Source of the DNA: an uncultured Candidatus Bathyarchaeia archaeon
Lineage (GTDB): Archaea > Thermoproteota > Bathyarchaeia > Bathyarchaeales > Bathyarchaeaceae
Direction of reading: 5' to 3'
Assembly: GCA_964503065.1 (NCBI GenBank)
Contig: CAZCYX010000001.1
Span: forward strand, 5,804 to 69,803
DNA: 64,000 nt
In this document: piece by piece, positions 27,105-37,554 of the stretch
Layout: every line of letters starts with the position of its first letter
How positions within the stretch are numbered: the first letter of the stretch is position 1
The notes under the pieces: model-generated
Databases searched by the model: none
Told to the model about the DNA's origin: nothing
What the model saw: only the letters and a program-made list of their open reading frames with translations
Made by a program: the position numbers and the translations under genes

Positions 27105-28805
27105 TTACGAAGTCATAGACTTATTTGACCTTTTCTCCTTCATTTTCAAACGGTGGATTTCTTCCAGATCGATCTCAAATGTGCTTACAGGATTTTCTAG
27201 TTCAAAGTTGTTGAGGACTTGTGGGTGAATTTCACCTAAGAACCCTCTTCTCTCACGTTTGATACTGAGTTTTGCTACTCTTCCCTCTAGAAAACTTGGG
27301 TGTTCAACTTCTTTTATCTTATAATTCGTGATGTCAAGGTTGGTTAGCAACGCCTCCACAAACGATTTTATCTCAGTGTAGTTGGCTGTGGGATGAGACG
27401 AAACCCCTGCCACATGAAGTCGTCTCTCACTACGAGTCTCCTTCTTCTCATTAACCACTATTATGTCCGAAACTTCAAAGATTCGTTGAGGATAACTTTC
27501 ATGCCTATTACTGACAAGGTTCTCAATTAAGCCAGGCAACAAATTTTCTCTGACTATCGAATATTCCGTCGAGACTGGATTCGCAAGTCTCACTACCCTC
27601 CCAATCTCGGTTCTCATTTTCCTATATTGAGTATCTTCGTTGGTTAGAATGAAGTTCATAGCCTCTGTAAAACCAAGCCCAATCATGATCTGCCGAACAT
27701 GACTCGCTACCTTATTTACTCTGTGTTGCTTACCAGTTGTTACTGTTGCAGGTCTAGTTGGCTTCAACTTATAATAGCCGTAACCAATCGCAACTTCCTC
27801 AACCAAGTCAACCTCATGCAACACGTCAATTCGATAAGCAGGAATCGAGACCTCCCAAACATTCTTGTCTATGCTTTTTGCATCCAATCTACATTTCCTA
27901 AGACATTTCACAACATTATCCTTTGAAAGTCTAAGTCCCAACAACTCATTCGCATAACCTACCCTTAACTTCATTTTCTGTGGCGTTAAGTCAGGAGAGA
28001 CAACATTATGATCTGAATACTTGACTTCTACAGTCTCGATGATGCCCCCCATATCTGCCAAAGCAGTTACCAAAACATTCAGGCTTCTAATAACCGCGTT
28101 CAGGTCGGTTCCAGTCACATCCAAGAATAAATTCTCTGTGTAATTATCCACTCGAGTCAGCTCCCCATTAATAATCGGCGGCATAGAAAGAACCCTATCT
28201 CCCTTATCAATGAGCAGCGGATACCTTGAAGCCCAATCTACGAGGTGGCGGTATCCAATACCCTTCTCATGCTTTTCCAGAATCTCTCGAAGACTCATCT
28301 TCTCTGTTTTGTCAAGGGGAACAAACCGAACACCATCAGGTTCACCAGTTGTGTAAGTGAACGGAGGTTCCACGCTGTCTAGATTGTGCACTCCAATAGA
28401 AGCTTTTTTTCTATCTCTACCTATCCCCCAGTGAAGGTCTTCTTGCATCTCCATAAGCTCTCGCACAGCTTCGCTGTCTAGCTTTATCTTACGTACCACA
28501 ACAGCTAACATGAAAGGCCTAACTTCAACTACCGTCGAATCTATCTTCAAAACAATATCGCCTTTTTTCACATCATACTTCGGCAGTCCAGTCTCCCATC
28601 CCATAAGCCCTTTAAAAGCCCTAGCAATTCCCGCATAACTGCAGAAGTCAACTCGGTTCGGATTGAACTCAACCTTCACATAATCCGGTCCAACGTCTTT
28701 TATGTCAAGACCAAGCCATGGAAGCCACTTAGCCATCTCCTCAACTGTAAGAGTTCGATTAATGAAAGAACAAAATCTATCTCTATCCAAGATTATTGCA
28801 GGCAA
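27105..28805 (-). CDS. pheT: phenylalanine--tRNA ligase beta subunit (archaeal type)
   Basis: 566 aa with B3/4 and B5 region patterns. Overlaps the pheS stop by 13 nt (operon). Confidence 0.88.
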   Translation of the reverse strand: MPAIILDRDRFCSFINRTLTVEEMAKWLPWLGLDIKDVGPDYVKVEFNPNRVDFCSYAGIARAFKGLMGWETGLPKYDVKKGDIVLKIDSTVVEVRPFMLAVVVRKIKLDSEAVRELMEMQEDLHWGIGRDRKKASIGVHNLDSVEPPFTYTTGEPDGVRFVPLDKTEKMSLREILEKHEKGIGYRHLVDWASRYPLLIDKGDRVLSMPPIINGELTRVDNYTENLFLDVTGTDLNAVIRSLNVLVTALADMGGIIETVEVKYSDHNVVSPDLTPQKMKLRVGYANELLGLRLSKDNVVKCLRKCRLDAKSIDKNVWEVSIPAYRIDVLHEVDLVEEVAIGYGYYKLKPTRPATVTTGKQHRVNKVASHVRQIMIGLGFTEAMNFILTNEDTQYRKMRTEIGRVVRLANPVSTEYSIVRENLLPGLIENLVSNRHESYPQRIFEVSDIIVVNEKKETRSERRLHVAGVSSHPTANYTEIKSFVEALLTNLDITNYKIKEVEHPSFLEGRVAKLSIKRERRGFLGEIHPQVLNNFELENPVSTFEIDLEEIHRLKMKEKRSNKSMTS

Positions 28806-30313
28806 ACCGGAGTCCTCCTAATCCACCCTAAATCATTCTTATACAAGAATCGGATGTCATCAACATCAAGCATCACCATTATCAAACGTTCTAATCCTCC
28901 TCCCCAAGCCAACACTGGGTATTTTATACCCAGCGGTTCCAAAACCTCTGGTCTAAAGACGCCCATTCCACAAAGTTCCATCCACGTCTTCAATTTAGGA
29001 ACGTAAACAGTAGACTGCGCCGAAGGTTCTGTGTAAGGGAAGTAACTGGGCCAAAACTGCACCTTGCTTAATCCAAGTCTAAGGAAAAACTCCTTCAAAG
29101 TCCCAATTAAATCACGCAATGTTACACCCTTATCCATTACTATTCCCTCAATCTGATGAAGTTCCGCTAAGTGTTGATAATCCAACTTTTCATTGCGATA
29201 TATCCGATCCACCGAGAACACCTTCACAGGCGGCTCCTTATGTTCAGCAAGATAATGAATCGTAACCGCAGTAGTGTGAGTACGCATAACGAGCTTCTTG
29301 GCTTCGTCACGACTCCACGAATACTGCCACCCTCGAGCCCCAGTCTTCCAACCATTCTCATGTGTCTTGGCCACCGTATCAACAATCCTGCTTTCAGGAA
29401 GTTTTCCAGCCTTCGGCTCAGAGAGATAGAAGGTATCCATCATCTCCCTCGCAGGATGATCCTGGGGCTGGAATAATGCGTCAAAATTCCAAAAGGCGGT
29501 CTGAACAATTGAACCACGAATCTCGGTAAAACCCATCTCCAGAAAGATTTCTCTAATTCTTTGTATTATCTGCTGTACAGGATGAATTTTTCCAGGATAT
29601 ACTACGGGTCCCGGTGCTGTTATGTTGAACTTTCTCAGCTTCACCTGCTGCCATTTTCCAGTTATGATAAGCTCTGGTGTTAATTGACTCACTTCCTCCA
29701 TGACTTTTAGTCCTTTTCGAATTAGTCGCCATCCATTCTTTGTCAGTTCTAGTTCCTGAAGAGTTTTTTCTTTCATTTTCAAGAGTTTACGTCTCTTTAG
29801 CGTGATAGCGGCTTGTCGTAAGTTTTCGTCAAGTTCTTCAAATGTGGCTATGCCTTTTTCAGCTAGAAGCGTTAAGAGTCTTTCATCGTTACCAGTGGGC
29901 GGTTCTTCTTCTTGTGCGACGGCGACGGTACCCTTCTCTCTATTTATTATTGCCCAATGCTTTTGTGTCAGCCAAGCTAGAGCAACAGGAATAGCACCCG
30001 GTGGTATGTCTACTTCATGCGATATGTCTGAAATTGAGATTTCGCCACCTTTCTCATAGGTTGTTTCGAGAGTGCCACGTTCTGGTAACCACCCTCTTTC
30101 TGCCCAGAGTTTCCCTTCCTTGTTCAGTTCAATGACTTTCTGTTTTTGTTTGTGGGTTGCCACTAGTTTCTTTTCTGCAAGTGCTAGCGCTGCTCGCATG
30201 ACAGCTGCATGGGCTAAGCCGCTAGTTTCCATTATCTCTTTAACTCTTGCTCTTCCGTTCAGCTTCTGTAGGGCAAGCAGAGTTTTTTGTTCATTTTCTC
30301 GAAGTTCAATCAT
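28793..30313 (-). CDS. pheS: phenylalanine--tRNA ligase alpha subunit
   Basis: Class II motifs (FQPQDHPAREMMDTFY; GMGVFRPEVL; AWGGGLERL) with N-terminal wHTH repeats. Confidence 0.9.
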   Translation of the reverse strand: MIELRENEQKTLLALQKLNGRARVKEIMETSGLAHAAVMRAALALAEKKLVATHKQKQKVIELNKEGKLWAERGWLPERGTLETTYEKGGEISISDISHEVDIPPGAIPVALAWLTQKHWAIINREKGTVAVAQEEEPPTGNDERLLTLLAEKGIATFEELDENLRQAAITLKRRKLLKMKEKTLQELELTKNGWRLIRKGLKVMEEVSQLTPELIITGKWQQVKLRKFNITAPGPVVYPGKIHPVQQIIQRIREIFLEMGFTEIRGSIVQTAFWNFDALFQPQDHPAREMMDTFYLSEPKAGKLPESRIVDTVAKTHENGWKTGARGWQYSWSRDEAKKLVMRTHTTAVTIHYLAEHKEPPVKVFSVDRIYRNEKLDYQHLAELHQIEGIVMDKGVTLRDLIGTLKEFFLRLGLSKVQFWPSYFPYTEPSAQSTVYVPKLKTWMELCGMGVFRPEVLEPLGIKYPVLAWGGGLERLIMVMLDVDDIRFLYKNDLGWIRRTPVCLQ

Positions 30314-30576
30314 TATGTTCTCCTCTGGATAGGTTATGCTTTTCTTTCGTTTGTTGATAATGTAGTTTATGGTTCTTGTTATAAGATTCGTTTAGAAGTT
30401 TTAAAGGCAGGTGGTCTTTTCTGGGCTGAAGAAGAGTTAGAAGATGGGTTATGGAAATTGGTAGGGCATCCCTTCACCAGCAAGAAAGATGTAAATGAGG
30501 TTATTTATATTTTATGAAGTTTTATACATCGGCTGATTTGCTACTGTTTGCTTTGTTTGTGTCAACTGGTTTCTTT

Positions 30577-31689
30577 CTACGAATTCTGCAATATTTCCTT
30601 TGCCTTATCCATGCATTTTCGTCGTTCTCGCCGATGGTTCTTGACAAATTTCAAAACAGTTTCTATTGTTTGATTTTTGTGTTCTCCACATAGGAGTTTT
30701 CCACTTTTACAGTCATGGTAAACTTGAATGACTTTGTCATCGTCTTCTACAAATTGATACATGTCCAGTTCATATACCGGGCAATTCTCAGGGGTTCCGC
30801 CAAGTTTCCGCTGTTCCTTAACAGTCGGTCTTCCGCCCGTGAACGCGTCTGAAATCTTTTTCGCAATTGTTTCTGGCTTCTCATGTAAGGTGAAATAACT
30901 TGTAGGACTGCGTTTGCTCATTTTTGGCGACCCATCTAGTCCCTTCATGATTTTATGAACAGTGGATGATGGAAGGATGAAGTTGTATTTTCGGCGAAAT
31001 TTGGTTGCAAGGTCTCTGGTGAGTCGCAAATGGGGGTCTTGATCTACTCCAACGGGCACTACTGTTGGTTTAGGCCCGTCAAAATCCTTCAGTTGTGGCA
31101 TCAAGATATCTCCAGCCTGGATAAGTGCAGACAAGTAAAGCCCTATGTGGCGCTCTCCATAGATTGCTTTCATCGTAGCTAATGTTGCACCTCTTCCAAA
31201 GATTATCGCTAAATCTTGAACCCGCCTCTCTTTAGATTGTTGATAAATGTAGCCCTTTTTCGGGTTGAATCCCAGAGCAAGAAGATCTGCAACATTTCCT
31301 ACAGCGAATTTTTGGCTTCTCTCAAAAGAAATTTTGTTGTCTTCGTAGGCTTCTACATCTGCAATACAATAGAAAGCCACGGCACCTTGATTTTGGAAGT
31401 AGATAACCTCACGAGCAGTCATCAGGGTTCCAAGGTGAAATTCCCCAGTAGGTTTTATTCCACTCATAACCGCGAAATCCTTGTGATTCTTCATTGCTTC
31501 TAAGACGCATTGGAAATCTCTATGACCGAAGACAACATTGCGTCTCATGTACATGCTTGGGCTTGGTACATCACCTAACAACAGCCTAAACGGTTGAATT
31601 CCAAACTCTTCGTACAGACGGTTATAATCTTCAATTATCGTTGTTCCAAAGGGATCAAGAACAGTTTTCTTATCGTCAGTTGTTGACAA
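30577..31689 (-). CDS. trpS: tryptophan--tRNA ligase (archaeal/eukaryotic type)
   Basis: KPTGEFHLGT HIGH-like motif, KMSKRSP, N-terminal DPFGTTIIEDYNRLYEEFGIQPF. Confidence 0.85.
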   Translation of the reverse strand: MSTTDDKKTVLDPFGTTIIEDYNRLYEEFGIQPFRLLLGDVPSPSMYMRRNVVFGHRDFQCVLEAMKNHKDFAVMSGIKPTGEFHLGTLMTAREVIYFQNQGAVAFYCIADVEAYEDNKISFERSQKFAVGNVADLLALGFNPKKGYIYQQSKERRVQDLAIIFGRGATLATMKAIYGERHIGLYLSALIQAGDILMPQLKDFDGPKPTVVPVGVDQDPHLRLTRDLATKFRRKYNFILPSSTVHKIMKGLDGSPKMSKRSPTSYFTLHEKPETIAKKISDAFTGGRPTVKEQRKLGGTPENCPVYELDMYQFVEDDDKVIQVYHDCKSGKLLCGEHKNQTIETVLKFVKNHRRERRKCMDKAKEILQNS

Positions 31690-31951
31690 GTACTAGGAAC
31701 CTCCATTAATCATCGATCCTTGAGATGTACAAGCTTCTTCTTTAAAGGCTAATCGCTGGAAAAAGTTGGTCGCATGCACCACTAAACTTAATGCCATTCC
31801 AAGGCGTTCACCTTATCAAGGAACAAATAATTATCTCAAGGAGTAATTAAGTTTTCTGAAACCGTGTGCGCATCAATATCTTCGCAACTTAACTCGCGGG
31901 CGCATTTATGCAAAAAAAGAGGGGAGGTAAGTGGTTTCGAGTTGGCTTCTC

Positions 31952-32239
31952 CTAGCAGATAAGGCGACGTCTTTGCCAATCTATTAATGCTTTAGCCTTT
32001 CTTTGCTCTGCCTCCAGCAAGGCGGTTCTAATCTCTGTCTGATAATTTTGATAGTTGATCGGAACATCCGTGATCTCTTGATAGCTTGGAGATTCTCCAA
32101 GGCTTTGGCTTGTCCCAAGTAGTCGAACGATTCTTCCCTTCAGCAAGCGAACCACTTCACCTTTCAGAGACACCTTGTTTCGTGGAACTGTTTTTTCCAT
32201 CTCAATCACACGAAAGAGATTATTGTAAGCGAAACACAT
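31952..32239 (-). CDS. hypothetical small protein
   Basis: ORF only, no recognisable motif. The likely start is the internal MEKTVPR. Confidence 0.2.
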   Translation of the reverse strand: MCFAYNNLFRVIEMEKTVPRNKVSLKGEVVRLLKGRIVRLLGTSQSLGESPSYQEITDVPINYQNYQTEIRTALLEAEQRKAKALIDWQRRRLIC

Positions 32240-32325
32240 AGGGATTGTGCCGTCACATGACTATACATAATGAAGCGTCACATGACGGCTAAACTAATAT
32301 ATATAGCAAACACAATTTTCTAATT

Positions 32326-33114
32326 ATGACACTATTTGAAGTCGTGTTGAAAGTAACGTTCGACTCCTTTTTCATAAACTTGTCACGGAGATTTCCGTCT
32401 ACAAAGATATTCATCTGGTGTAACAGAGAGAACGATGTCATTGAGGTGATCGTGAAGAATCCAGAAGAGTATCCCCTTGTTATGGAAGAAATGCGTGCAA
32501 GCAACATTCTCGATATTGTTGAGGAATCATCTGACAACCACAGCCTCTACTTAAACGTTCACAAGTGTCATTGCATGAATCAAAATACAATAGTCAGGCA
32601 CATAGGGACATTAGATATTCTCAACATCTTTCCAAATTTCATAGAAAAAGGATGGGTATACCACCGTCTCATAGTTTTCAAACATGAAGACTTGAAAGAA
32701 CTTTTCCGACGTCTCGAAAAATGGGGATGGGTTTACAAGATCTTGCGCAAAGTTCCCTTCAATGGTTTCATTGCAAGTTCTTTGACCCTCACAGCTGATG
32801 CGCTATTTTCCAGATTGACTGAGCGACAGATAGACGCTATGTTAACCGCATACAGTCATGGCTACTATAACTTGCCAAGGGATGCTGATATTCAAACAAT
32901 ATCAACTAAAGAGAAGGTACCTCGGACGACATTTCAAGAGCACCTAAAAAAAGCTGAAAACAAACTTGTTGCCTCTCTGGTTCCCTACATTCAGCTTTAC
33001 AAAAATGCCTCCCCAGAGAAAAGAAAAAGTCTAGGGATAGACAAGTTAGCTGCACCGCATCCTCTTGATCATGTCAAATCCGAGCCAGAAGGTCATGCAA
33101 AGTACGTCCTCTAA
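32326..33114 (+). CDS. HTH_10 (bacterio-opsin activator-type) DNA-binding protein
   Basis: C-terminal LTERQIDAMLTAYSHGYYNLPRDADIQTISTKEKVPRTTFQEHLKKAENKLV. Confidence 0.65.
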   Translation: MTLFEVVLKVTFDSFFINLSRRFPSTKIFIWCNRENDVIEVIVKNPEEYPLVMEEMRASNILDIVEESSDNHSLYLNVHKCHCMNQNTIVRHIGTLDILNIFPNFIEKGWVYHRLIVFKHEDLKELFRRLEKWGWVYKILRKVPFNGFIASSLTLTADALFSRLTERQIDAMLTAYSHGYYNLPRDADIQTISTKEKVPRTTFQEHLKKAENKLVASLVPYIQLYKNASPEKRKSLGIDKLAAPHPLDHVKSEPEGHAKYVL

Positions 33115-33199
33115 GATTGCGCGCGCGAAATATAGGGATTTGTTACTACAAGATTTCCAGCTTTTGAACAGAGTTTCAGAAGTACATTAAGATATTGAA

Positions 33200-33655
33200 C
33201 TATTTCACCACTAAAACTGGGCTATGTGCGTGTCTCATCACTCCGTCACTTACGCTTCCCAAGAGTATCTCCCTTATTTTGCTTAGACCCCTAGCACCCA
33301 CAACAATTAAATCGAATTCGCCTTCTCCAGCTGTCTTAAGTATCTCCTCAACTGTATGCCCCTCCCTCAACAATGTTTCAACTTGAACTCCTTCAGCTTT
33401 AACCTTCTTTTTACCATCCGCTAAAATGCCTTCTCCAGCCTCACGAGCCGCTTCAATCAATTTAGGAATTATCTCAGTTGCTTCGGGCATAATAGTTGCA
33501 TGGGGCATGATAATTGGCCATACCTTTGAATATACATGAATTAAAGTGATTTTTCCATCAAACTTTTTAGCTATTTGAACGGCGACTTTTAACGCTCGCA
33601 CTGAATGTTCAGAACCGTCTAATGGAACTAAAATTTTCTCAAACAATGGCATCAA
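33200..33655 (-). CDS. universal stress protein (UspA family)
   Basis: ILVPLDGSEHS...DLIVVGARG...GSVSDGVMRHAHSPVLVV. Confidence 0.85.
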   Translation of the reverse strand: MMPLFEKILVPLDGSEHSVRALKVAVQIAKKFDGKITLIHVYSKVWPIIMPHATIMPEATEIIPKLIEAAREAGEGILADGKKKVKAEGVQVETLLREGHTVEEILKTAGEGEFDLIVVGARGLSKIREILLGSVSDGVMRHAHSPVLVVK

Positions 33656-33776
33656 CCCTCTAGAAGAGGTTTGTTGATAACTTTGAGATATAATCCTTGC
33701 GTGTGCAGAAAATTTGGGGTTCCATGGAGTGGGTTAGGTCTCTAATTTTGTAGAGACTTATGTCTCAAATCTTACG

Positions 33777-34376
33777 TCAATCTCCTTCGTATTCTGGAAT
33801 TACCTCTCTAACGGCTTGCTCTTCTTCTTTCAGTTCTTGTCTTAACTCTTCCCAGAATTTCCGTGCCCTTTTAAGACCTTTTTCACCAAGAACCCTTCCA
33901 GCCTCGGTATAGAAGTCTTTTCTTGGTCCTCTCCTTCCGCTTGGAACTTTCATCATCTCTTTCACACCAGCTTCTTCTTCCCTCATAAAGTAATCGAAAA
34001 CTCTTGCCACACCGATGTAACCCACTGAGCAGGAAAGAACTTCTGCATCATAAACAACTTTTGCTTCGAGAGTTTTTGGTTCTTCTAATCCTCTGGGACC
34101 ATGAGCTCTTACACAATGCGTTATCTCTCTAATCTCTTCATCTGTAAACCCAACATTTCTCAGATATTTTGAGGATATTTTCGCTCCTGCAGCGTGATGA
34201 TTCCTTTCTAATTGAGGATAAAGTCTCCCGATATCGTGCAACAGTGCACTTGCCAGAACAATCTTCATGTTAGCTTTTTCTGCTTCTCCTATGATGATGG
34301 CTGTTGCGAGACTTCGAAGTATGTGGTGCCAGTTGTGATGTACAAGCCCTTTCGTAGAAAAATCTTTTTTCACCAA
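33777..34376 (-). CDS. HD domain phosphohydrolase
   Basis: H...HD motif (SALLHDIGR) plus later conserved His residues. Confidence 0.7.
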   Translation of the reverse strand: MVKKDFSTKGLVHHNWHHILRSLATAIIIGEAEKANMKIVLASALLHDIGRLYPQLERNHHAAGAKISSKYLRNVGFTDEEIREITHCVRAHGPRGLEEPKTLEAKVVYDAEVLSCSVGYIGVARVFDYFMREEEAGVKEMMKVPSGRRGPRKDFYTEAGRVLGEKGLKRARKFWEELRQELKEEEQAVREVIPEYEGD

Positions 34377-34472
34377 TTCATAGAGCGCCTTTAGTTCTGG
34401 AAATCTTGAAAGATAATTATCAAGTTTTATCTCGTGTTTCCCCCTTTACTTCAAAACAATGTTGGGGTTCAT

Positions 34473-35117
34473 TTAAATTAATAGGGTAGTTATAAGGAAG
34501 TTCAGTCCAAACCCGATCAAAATCAATCCAAACACAATCATGAGAATCCTATATCCTTTGCTACCTATTAGGCTGACTCCTCTACGTGCAAGATAAGCCG
34601 ATAAAGTGATCCAAGCATAATCCATCCAGACATGAGAGACATACATCAGTAGAAAACTAACAAGAGATAGAAAAACCGAAAGGTCTGACATAAGTTTGAT
34701 TCCAATTGTAAGCCACCACATAATAAAATAAGGGTTTAAACCTGTAAATATAATGCCCAAAAGAACTGGATTTCTAACCAAAATGCCACTAAACATGGTT
34801 TGACCACGTTTTGGCACCAAAGACTCTCGAATCTGCAAAACACCAAAGAAAAGCAGTGCCACTCCACCCAGCAGTCCTGTTAAGGGGCGAACTATAGGTT
34901 GGTCGACTACAGTCGAAAATCCAAAAGCCAAAACAGCAGCGAGTGGCAACTCAAATAGCATATGCCCAACCGAAAACAGTAGACCACTTTTTGCCCCAGA
35001 CTTGGCACCATGCGAAACAGTGGCGAAAAACAAAGGACCTGGCGCTAAGGCTCCTGAAACGGTGACAAGAACAACTGTAGAAACGAAACTCAACGCATCC
35101 AAAGCTTCGACTTCCAC
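34473..35117 (-). CDS. LysE/RhtB family amino-acid exporter
   Basis: 214 aa, 6 TM, N-terminal GALAPGPLFF pattern. Confidence 0.7.
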   Translation of the reverse strand: MEVEALDALSFVSTVVLVTVSGALAPGPLFFATVSHGAKSGAKSGLLFSVGHMLFELPLAAVLAFGFSTVVDQPIVRPLTGLLGGVALLFFGVLQIRESLVPKRGQTMFSGILVRNPVLLGIIFTGLNPYFIMWWLTIGIKLMSDLSVFLSLVSFLLMYVSHVWMDYAWITLSAYLARRGVSLIGSKGYRILMIVFGLILIGFGLNFLITTLLI

Positions 35118-35217
35118 TAATATTCACATGAGTAGTTCTGCTTATTTTAGCGTTCATCTGTTCTAGCTAAATTTTATATCAACCATAACGTTGATTTTAA
35201 CTGGCGTGTGAACCATT

Positions 35218-36258
35218 TTGGGCGTAAATTTACGCGATTTAGTTCCCAAAAAACAAGTAGCACTCTCCGATTTAAGTGGTAGGTCAATTGCAATTGACGC
35301 TTACAATGCATTGTATCAGTTTTTGGCCATTATACGTCAGCCAGATGGCACCCCATTGAAAGACAGAACTGGAAAGGTTACAAGTCATTTAAGCGGACTA
35401 TTGTACCGAACCGCAAACCTAGTTGAAATGGGTATGAAGGTAGTTTATGTTTTTGATGGCGTGCCTCCTGCCCTAAAGGAGGTAGAAATAAGACGTAGAG
35501 CAAGAGTGAAAGAAGAAGCCATAGTAAAGTATGAAAAAGCCTTGCAGGAAGGTAAAATTGAGGAAGCCCGCACCTACGCTCAGGCTACTAGCCGCCTCAA
35601 AGACTACATGGAACAAGACTCAAAACGCCTACTAACTTTAATGGGAGTGCCTTTGGTTCAGGCTCCAAGTGAAGGTGAAGCCCAAGCCGCCTATCTAAAC
35701 AAAAAAGGTGACACAAACTATTGCGCCAGCCAAGACTACGACAGCCTACTATTTGGTGCCCTCTTGTTAATCAGGAATGTCACGATAAGTGGAAGACGAA
35801 AACTTCCTAGAAAACAAGTCTACATAGATGTGATCCCAGAAGTAGTGGAGTTGAACCAGGTTTTAAAGGAATTAGACATAACTCGAAAACAACTGGTTGA
35901 TGTTGGAATCCTCGTTGGAACTGACTTTAACCCCGAAGGCATAAAGGGAATCGGTCCAAAAACTGCCCTTAACTTAATAAAACAACATGGAAGCCTCGAA
36001 AACGCCTTGCCTCACCTAAAGGCAGCAACCTTTCCAGTGGAACCCCAACGCATCCGCGAAATCTTCCTTAACCCCAAAATCACAGACAATTATCAGCTTA
36101 AATGGAAAGAACCCGACATAGAGGGCGTTATAGATTTTCTGTGCCGAGAAAGAGATTTCTCTGAAGACAGAGTGAGGAAAGCACTTGAAAAAATGACGGC
36201 TGGCATCAAAAAGACCAAGGGAAAGGTGACTTTAGAAGCTTTCTTCCAGAAAGACTAA
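35218..36258 (+). CDS. fen: flap endonuclease 1
   Basis: N-domain GVNLRDLV...IAIDAYNALYQFL, I-domain APSEGEAQAAYL, H3TH GTDFNPEGIKGIGPKTA. TTG start. Confidence 0.9.
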   Translation: MGVNLRDLVPKKQVALSDLSGRSIAIDAYNALYQFLAIIRQPDGTPLKDRTGKVTSHLSGLLYRTANLVEMGMKVVYVFDGVPPALKEVEIRRRARVKEEAIVKYEKALQEGKIEEARTYAQATSRLKDYMEQDSKRLLTLMGVPLVQAPSEGEAQAAYLNKKGDTNYCASQDYDSLLFGALLLIRNVTISGRRKLPRKQVYIDVIPEVVELNQVLKELDITRKQLVDVGILVGTDFNPEGIKGIGPKTALNLIKQHGSLENALPHLKAATFPVEPQRIREIFLNPKITDNYQLKWKEPDIEGVIDFLCRERDFSEDRVRKALEKMTAGIKKTKGKVTLEAFFQKD

Positions 36259-36276
36259 AGCACTTGAGGTAAGCAG

Positions 36277-37491
36277 ATGAGATGCAAATATTGCCAGATA
36301 ATTCAATCAGCCGACAAAAAATACTCCGTCCGCAGAGCAACATTTGACTTAAACAATAGCTATCCCAGATGCAACCTTCATTGGAGATTCATTTGTAACT
36401 CTTGTGGCAGACCAACCCACTTCAATGGGATAACATGGTGCGAAAAAACAAAACAATTTATCTGCATTCGTTGTGCGGTTGACCACCGAGCGATCCATGA
36501 GCCTTTTTGGAACTGGGAATACTATTATGCCATAGGTTGCGAAAACTGTAAAGAAAGGCACCCAGCTTTAGATAGATTGGAGTTTGAAGGAAAGCATCCT
36601 TGGCAATTGCACCCAACAATGAGAAGGAACCTAACTGGGCTCAGTCGAGAACCTATTATCAAGCCTCTATTTACTTCATCTTTTATTCATGAAAAAAATG
36701 ATCATATTACAGATGAGGAAATCGCCCAACAATGGAATGGTGTAGCTGAAAAGTGGGTCGCACGCTATACTGAACACGGAGACATAAACAGAGAATATGT
36801 AATTTATCCAACAATGCTAAGAATTCTGGCAGATGTCAAAAACAAACGGATTTTAGACGCAGGATGTGGTGCTGGATACTTTTGCCGAAAACTAGCAAGA
36901 AAAGGAGCTAAAGTTACAGGAATTGATATCTCAAATAAGCTTATTGAAATTGCAGAATTAAAAGAGAAAGAAGAGCCACTTGGAATTAGTTATTATGTCG
37001 GAAGTCTTAGCAACTTAAAAATGCTCTCTTCTTCGACATTTGATGTAGTCGTTTCGAACATGGCTTTAATGGATACTCTAAACTTGAAGAAGGCTATGGA
37101 AGAAATAAGCCGAGTCCTCAAAAATGACGGAAAATTCGTGTTTTCAATATCGCATCCATGTTTCGCAAGTTCATGCAAAAATGAATGGGAGAAACAGCCT
37201 TCAGACAGCGAGAGAAATGAAGATCGACTCTGTCGAAAGATTGACCGTTACTTTGACCGTGGAAGAGTTGTATGGTCAATGTATGGATTTCCCCCTGTAA
37301 GCTCCTTTCACAGAACCCTCACAGACTACATAAATTTGCTTTTAACCAACGAATTTGTGATAACACATTTTGAAGAACCAGTTCCAGACCCTCAGGCTAT
37401 GGAGGAACACCCTAGAGACTTTGCTAATGATTACGATAGAATTCCTTTGTTTTTAATAATCGGTGCAAAGAAACTAGGGCGCGCACAGTGA
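36277..37491 (+). CDS. class I SAM-dependent methyltransferase with N-terminal Cys-rich (zinc-ribbon-like) domain
   Basis: Motif I ILDAGCGAGYF. The N-terminal ~95 aa carry multiple CxxC pairs. Confidence 0.7.
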   Translation: MRCKYCQIIQSADKKYSVRRATFDLNNSYPRCNLHWRFICNSCGRPTHFNGITWCEKTKQFICIRCAVDHRAIHEPFWNWEYYYAIGCENCKERHPALDRLEFEGKHPWQLHPTMRRNLTGLSREPIIKPLFTSSFIHEKNDHITDEEIAQQWNGVAEKWVARYTEHGDINREYVIYPTMLRILADVKNKRILDAGCGAGYFCRKLARKGAKVTGIDISNKLIEIAELKEKEEPLGISYYVGSLSNLKMLSSSTFDVVVSNMALMDTLNLKKAMEEISRVLKNDGKFVFSISHPCFASSCKNEWEKQPSDSERNEDRLCRKIDRYFDRGRVVWSMYGFPPVSSFHRTLTDYINLLLTNEFVITHFEEPVPDPQAMEEHPRDFANDYDRIPLFLIIGAKKLGRAQ

Positions 37492-37554
37492 TATCCACTC
37501 TACAATTTGTCTCCTTCTTGTGTGGTTCAAACTTTTTAAATATGAACGGAAACA

